Source of the DNA: an uncultured Chloroflexia bacterium
GTDB lineage: Bacteria > Chloroflexota > Dehalococcoidia > UBA2979
Assembly (NCBI GenBank): GCA_963728205.1
Contig: CAVSIV010000006.1
Coordinates: forward strand, 352,001 to 416,000
DNA: 64,000 nt
Direction of reading: 5' to 3'
Below the pieces are notes generated by a model. It did no database searches. It was not told where the DNA came from and saw only the letters and a program-made list of their open reading frames with translations. The first letter of the stretch is position 1, and every line of letters begins with the position of its first letter. This document shows positions 59,377 to 64,000 of this stretch, in pieces. The translations under genes were made by a program, and so were the position numbers.

Positions 59377-61962
59377 TCAGCGCGTCGCTCCGTCCTCCCC
59401 GAACTGCTCGCGGTATCCCGTGTCGATCTCCGACAGGCGCCCGGCGGCGAGCGCATCCTCAATCGCGAGCAGCCGCGGGTTCACCAGCCCCTCGCGGGGC
59501 GCGGACGCGGTGACCCCGTCGGCGAAGAGCCGGTCAATCTCGGCCGCGTCGAGCCCGAGCACGCCCGACAGCACCTCGCGCGTGTGCTCGCCGAAGGCAG
59601 GCGCCGGCGCGGGCGGCGGCGGCGCGGGCGACATCCGCCACGCCGCGCGCGGGAAGGGGCGCGCGCCGAGCTCCGGCGCGTACGCCGGCGCCGGCGTCAT
59701 CTCGACGAAGCCCCGGTGCCGCAGCTGCGGGTCGGTCCACACCTCGCAACTGTCCGCGACGACCGTCGCCTCGACGCCCGCTCCCCGCAGGTCGCGCGCG
59801 AGGTCCTCGGCGAGGCGGCCGCGCGTCGCGCCCGCGATCAGCGCGTCGAGCGTGTCCGCCTCCGCGCGCCGTGCCGCGGCCGCCGCGAAGCGCTCAACCG
59901 GTCCGGCACCCAGCCCCAGCACGCCGCACAGCGCGTGGAACTGCGTGTCGCTCGCGACCGAGATCGCGATCCAGCGATCGTCGCCGGCGCACGGGTACGC
60001 GCCCTGCGGACAGCGGGCCGGGTCGCGGTTGCCGTCGCGCGCCGTGACGCCGCGGAGCGCGCGTTCGCCGTTCATCGCGACGTCGAGCATCGCCTCCGGG
60101 AGCGTCGCCACGCCGGCCTCGTAGTGCGAGAGGTCGAGCCACGCGCCCTCGCCCGTGTGGTCGCGCCGTTCGAGCGCGGCGAGGATCGCGTAGGTGCCGT
60201 AGTAGGCGCCGGCGACATCCGTGAACGCGACGCCCCAGCCGCCGGCGCCGGCGCGCACCGGCGGGCCGTCGGGGTAGCCGGTGAGGTGCATGAGCCCGTC
60301 GACCGACTCGGTGATCGGGCCGTACGCCTTGTAGTTGCGCCACGGGCCGGTCTGACCGAAGCCGCTCGACGACAGCAGGATGACGCGCGGGTTGGCGGCG
60401 CGCAGGGTCGCGTAGTCGAGGCCGAGGTGCTCGAGCACGCGGGGCGTGAAGTTCTCGGCGACGACGTCGCTGCGCGCGACCAGCTCGAGCAGGAGCTCGC
60501 GGCCACGCGGGCTGCGGAGGTCGAGCGCGATGCCGCGCTTGCCGCGGTTGAGGTGGTGGAAGTTGCCGGAGTGGTCGTAGTAGCGCGGCCGGATCGTGTT
60601 CCCGGGCTGCGGGCCCCAGCGCACGCTGTCGGGCCGCGACGCGGCCTCGACCTTGATCACGTCGGCGCCGAGTGCGGCGAGCGGCGTGATCGCGAGCGGC
60701 AGGACGAACACCATGCCGAGCTCGAGGATGCGCACGCCGTCGAGTGGCCGCGCCGCCGCGCCGACGGCCCGGGTGTCGGCCGTCTCCGCGCGCGGCGGGT
60801 GCGGCGCGTGCGGCGGCGTGTCGAGCGCCCCCAGCACGGCGGCATCGTGCTGGCCCAGCCGCGGCGCCGGCACAGAGACTCCACGCGCTTCCCCGCTGAT
60901 TTGCGGGACCGCCCCCGGAATCCTCACGGTGCCGCCCGCCGGGTGCGCGTGTTCAATGAAGAAGTCCCGCGCGCGGAGGTGCGGGCAGGCGGCGACCTCC
61001 GTGGGCGACTGGATCGAGCTGATCGTGAGGCCGCGCGCCTGGCCCTCGTGGAAGAGGTCGTCGCGGGTGCGCGCCGCGAAGGCCTCCGCCGCGATGCGGT
61101 CGAGCTCGGTGCTGTGGGCGTGCCGCGAGGCGGAGGTATCGAAGGGAGGTGCGAGCAGCTCGGGGCGCTCGACGAACCCGGCGAAGGTGTCCCACCACAC
61201 GTCGATGCCCGCGTCGGACGGCATGATCCAGCCGTCGGCCGCGCGCATCGGCTGCGACGTCATGAGCTGTGGCAGCGTCGGCGGCGATCGCTTCACGACG
61301 GCGCCGGTGTGCGTATAGACGTTCAGCGCGGGGAAGGCGGTGAGCGCGACGGTTTCCTGCAGCGAGATGTCGATGCGCCGGCCGGCGCCGGAGTCGCGTG
61401 CGTCGCGGGTCGCCGCCAGCACGGCCGCCGCCGCGTTCACGCCGGCGAGGTGCTCGCCCTGGTGGAGCCCCTGCTTGAGCGGAGGCCGGTCGGCGCTGCC
61501 CGTCTGGCCCATCATCCCGCTCGACGCGTAGGCGCTCAGCTCCGAGCCGAGCCAGCCGGCCTTCGGCCCTTCCTGTCCGTACGGGCTGATCGAGCAGACG
61601 ACGAGCGACGGCGGCAGGGCCGTGCCGTCCGGCCAGAGCGCGTCGAAGCGACCGGCGCCGAGGTTCTCGACCACCGCGTCGGCCTCCGCGAGCAGCGCCG
61701 CCAGCTGCGCGCGTCCGTCGACCGTGGTCACGTCGATCACGACGCCGCGCTTGCCGTGGTTGAGGTAGAGGAAGAGGCCGCTCGCCTCAGGATCCGGACG
61801 GTCGTCGCGAAACGGCCCGGCGCGGCGGATCTCGTCGCCGCCGGGCGACTCGACCTTGATCACGTCGGCGCCAGCGTCGGCGAGCAGGCGGGCGCCGAAC
61901 GCGGCCGCGATCCCGCTGCCGAGCTCCACGACGCGCAGGGCGTCGTCACGCCAGACCGCCAC
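59377..61962 (-). CDS. Family III CoA transferase (CaiB/BaiF), tandem-domain
   Basis: Two GADVIKVE / N.GKR / ENF-ENL modules. Confidence 0.93.
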   Translation of the reverse strand: MAVWRDDALRVVELGSGIAAAFGARLLADAGADVIKVESPGGDEIRRAGPFRDDRPDPEASGLFLYLNHGKRGVVIDVTTVDGRAQLAALLAEADAVVENLGAGRFDALWPDGTALPPSLVVCSISPYGQEGPKAGWLGSELSAYASSGMMGQTGSADRPPLKQGLHQGEHLAGVNAAAAVLAATRDARDSGAGRRIDISLQETVALTAFPALNVYTHTGAVVKRSPPTLPQLMTSQPMRAADGWIMPSDAGIDVWWDTFAGFVERPELLAPPFDTSASRHAHSTELDRIAAEAFAARTRDDLFHEGQARGLTISSIQSPTEVAACPHLRARDFFIEHAHPAGGTVRIPGAVPQISGEARGVSVPAPRLGQHDAAVLGALDTPPHAPHPPRAETADTRAVGAAARPLDGVRILELGMVFVLPLAITPLAALGADVIKVEAASRPDSVRWGPQPGNTIRPRYYDHSGNFHHLNRGKRGIALDLRSPRGRELLLELVARSDVVAENFTPRVLEHLGLDYATLRAANPRVILLSSSGFGQTGPWRNYKAYGPITESVDGLMHLTGYPDGPPVRAGAGGWGVAFTDVAGAYYGTYAILAALERRDHTGEGAWLDLSHYEAGVATLPEAMLDVAMNGERALRGVTARDGNRDPARCPQGAYPCAGDDRWIAISVASDTQFHALCGVLGLGAGPVERFAAAAARRAEADTLDALIAGATRGRLAEDLARDLRGAGVEATVVADSCEVWTDPQLRHRGFVEMTPAPAYAPELGARPFPRAAWRMSPAPPPPAPAPAFGEHTREVLSGVLGLDAAEIDRLFADGVTASAPREGLVNPRLLAIEDALAAGRLSEIDTGYREQFGEDGATR

Positions 61963-62057
61963 GTCGCTCCTCGTTCCCTCGCCGCGCCCGGGGCCGCAGG
62001 GAGCATGCCCTATGATCCCGGCCGGCGCGAGGCCATCGTCGAGCGAAGGAGGCGCGC

Positions 62058-62972
62058 GTGGTGCGCGTGATCGACCTGGAGTGCAGCGCGCCGACCTCGG
62101 CAGTGCGCCAGTGGGGCGATCCCACGCTGCCGCGGCATCCCGAGGGCTCGGGGCTGACGTGGGCCGGCCGCGAGCCCGAGCCGCGACCGGGCTGGGGCTT
62201 CGACAACTACGAGGTCATCTTCCGCGGACGCCGCCAGCGCGACGACGGATCCGGGCCACTGCAGCCCACCTTCGAGTCCTTCTGCGAAGAGCTCGAGCGC
62301 GCCGGGGTGGTGAAGGCGTTCATGGCGCACCCAAACCCGATCACGGTCGGCGCCGTGCACGCGCGGCCGGACCTGTTCATGGGCCTGGCGCGGCTCAGCC
62401 CCTTCGACGGCATGCTCGCGGTCCGCGAGTTCGAGCGGCTCGTGCGCGAGGAGTCGCTCTGCGGGCTGATGGTGCAGCCGCACGAGGAGCGGATCCCGGC
62501 GAGCGACCGTCGCTACTACCCGCTGTACACGAAGGCCGCGGAGCTGGGCGTCCCCATCCGCATCTACTCGACGATGAACTACGCGACGGACCGCCCGTAC
62601 GACCTCGGTCATCCGAAGCACCTCGACCAGGTCGCCGGCGACTTCCCGGAGACGCCGGTGATCGCCGCGCTCGCCGGCTGGCCGTGGGTGAACGAGATGG
62701 TGGCGCTGCTGCGTCGCCACCCGAATCTCTACTGCGACACCGCCGCGCACCACCCGAAGTACTTCGCGGTGGCGGGGTCGGGGTGGGACATGTTCATGCA
62801 GTACGGGAACACGCTGATCCAGGACAAGATCATGGCCGCGATGTCGCCGGCGACGCTCGGCGAGCCGTACCAGGCGATGATCGACGCATACCTCGCGCTG
62901 CCGCTCAAGGACGCGGTCAAGGAGAAGTGGCTCTACGGCAACGCCGCTCGCGTGTTCGGGATCAATGGGTAG
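62058..62972 (+). CDS. Amidohydrolase_2-family protein
   Basis: YYPLY.KAAELGVP, DFPE..VI...GWPWV, NLY.D, YGNAARVF. Confidence 0.88.
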   Translation: MVRVIDLECSAPTSAVRQWGDPTLPRHPEGSGLTWAGREPEPRPGWGFDNYEVIFRGRRQRDDGSGPLQPTFESFCEELERAGVVKAFMAHPNPITVGAVHARPDLFMGLARLSPFDGMLAVREFERLVREESLCGLMVQPHEERIPASDRRYYPLYTKAAELGVPIRIYSTMNYATDRPYDLGHPKHLDQVAGDFPETPVIAALAGWPWVNEMVALLRRHPNLYCDTAAHHPKYFAVAGSGWDMFMQYGNTLIQDKIMAAMSPATLGEPYQAMIDAYLALPLKDAVKEKWLYGNAARVFGING

Positions 62973-63080
62973 CGCGGGGATCGCACCGTGCGGAGACCGG
63001 TGTGCGGAGCCGGCCCCGGCGTTGAGGGCGCGTCGGAAACAGCCGCCTCACGCCCCCTGATCCGCGGCGCGGAGGCTGGC

Positions 63081-64000
63081 ATGACGTACTCGCCCGTCGA
63101 CGGGGCGCACGCAACCGCGTTCCTGCGCGCGCGTTACGGCGCCGACGCGACCGCGCCGCGCGCACTCCGCCACGGCGAATGGTCGACGGCGTACGCCTTC
63201 GCGGCCGGCGGGACGGCACTCGTCGCCCGGTTCAGCGCGCTCGAGGAGGACTTCGCGAAGGACCGGCTGGCGTCGCGGCTCGCGTCCGACGCGCTGCCGG
63301 TGCCGCGCGTGCTCGAGGTCGGCAAGGCGCTCGGCGGGTGGTACGCGATCTCGGAGCGCGCGCCGGGCGTGCACATCGACGACCTCGACGGTGCGGGGAT
63401 GCGGCGCGTGCTGCCGTCGCTGTTCGCCGCGATCGACGCGGAGCGACGCGCGGACCTGGCGGGCACGTCCGGCTACGGGGTGTGGAACGCGCACGGGCGC
63501 GCGCCGCACGCGACGTGGCGGGCCGCGCTGCTCGACGCCGCCCGCGACAGCCCGGACCGCCGCGTCCACGGTTGGCGCTCGGCCCTCGAGGCGTCCGCCA
63601 CCGGCACCGCGCCGTTCGACCGCGCGGCCGCGCAGCTGCGGCGACTGGTCGAGGCCGTCCCGGAGGAGCGCCACCTCGTGCACAGCGACCTGCTGCACTG
63701 GAACGTGCTCGTCGCCGACGGCCGCGTGAGCGCCGTGCTCGACTGGGGCTCGTCGCTGTACGGCGACTTCCTCTACGACGTCGCATGGCTGTGCTTCTGG
63801 GCGCCGTGGTCTCCCGCCTGGCGCGACATCGACTTTGCGGCCGAGGCCGCCGCGTACTGGCGCGCCGCCGGTGTCAGCCTTGCCAACTTCGAAGAGCGGC
63901 TGCGGTGCTACCAGGTGCACATCGGGCTCGACGGTCAGGCGTACAACGCGTTCGTGGGGCGGTTCGACGACGTCGCTGCGATCGCGGAGCGGACGCTCGC
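63081..64000 (+). CDS. Aminoglycoside phosphotransferase-family kinase (runs off the window end)
   Basis: Manual translation: GEWSTAY, LPVPRVLEVG, LVHSDLLHWNVLV, VLDWGSSLYGDFLYDVA. Confidence 0.9.
   Translation, partial: MTYSPVDGAHATAFLRARYGADATAPRALRHGEWSTAYAFAAGGTALVARFSALEEDFAKDRLASRLASDALPVPRVLEVGKALGGWYAISERAPGVHIDDLDGAGMRRVLPSLFAAIDAERRADLAGTSGYGVWNAHGRAPHATWRAALLDAARDSPDRRVHGWRSALEASATGTAPFDRAAAQLRRLVEAVPEERHLVHSDLLHWNVLVADGRVSAVLDWGSSLYGDFLYDVAWLCFWAPWSPAWRDIDFAAEAAAYWRAAGVSLANFEERLRCYQVHIGLDGQAYNAFVGRFDDVAAIAERTL

Noticed and set aside
63081-64000. Bona fide aminoglycoside resistance gene
   Set aside because: Family motifs only; substrate cannot be inferred and the gene is truncated by the window.

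Overview
High-GC (roughly 70% or more by eye) bacterial chromosomal window. The gene content suggests Chloroflexota, probably Dehalococcoidia/Tepidiformales-like (inference only). The left ~24 kb, up to a tRNA-Lys(TTT), is a decayed accessory region. It contains a lower-GC islet bounded by a direct repeat, IS3 and DUF772-type transposase remnants, a dnaE2 fragment, many paralogous secreted proteins and lipoproteins, a VanW-CapA-class A serine hydrolase operon with a LuxR-type regulator, and a UPF0175/DUF3368 TA pair. The middle holds an orphan TadG-like gene, two two-component systems, coaE, alkA(ada)/ogt, a WYL regulator with its boxes, TetR modules and a 47-bp palindromic tandem array. The right side holds an ECF sigma/anti-sigma locus, a HicAB-like pair, two membrane-tethered LuxR-HTH proteins with different extracellular domains, a small secreted multi-repeat peptide, redox/detoxification enzymes, a VapBC pair, a Baeyer-Villiger monooxygenase, a CoA transferase, an amidohydrolase and a partial phosphotransferase. 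Best candidates for undescribed biology: (1) ToxR-topology LuxR-TM-sensor regulators sharing a promoter motif, plus orphan 3' copies of one sensor domain that lie beside TA genes; (2) a signal-peptide precursor with four tandem GIP(E/D)W(V/A)GGSAN cores ending in NGLP; (3) an ECF regulon readable directly from sequence (GGAACC-N14-GGTGTA, three copies). More than a dozen small frameshifts suggest uncorrected long-read indel errors, so pseudogene calls that rest only on frameshifts are unreliable. All family assignments come from motif recognition by eye, not database searches.
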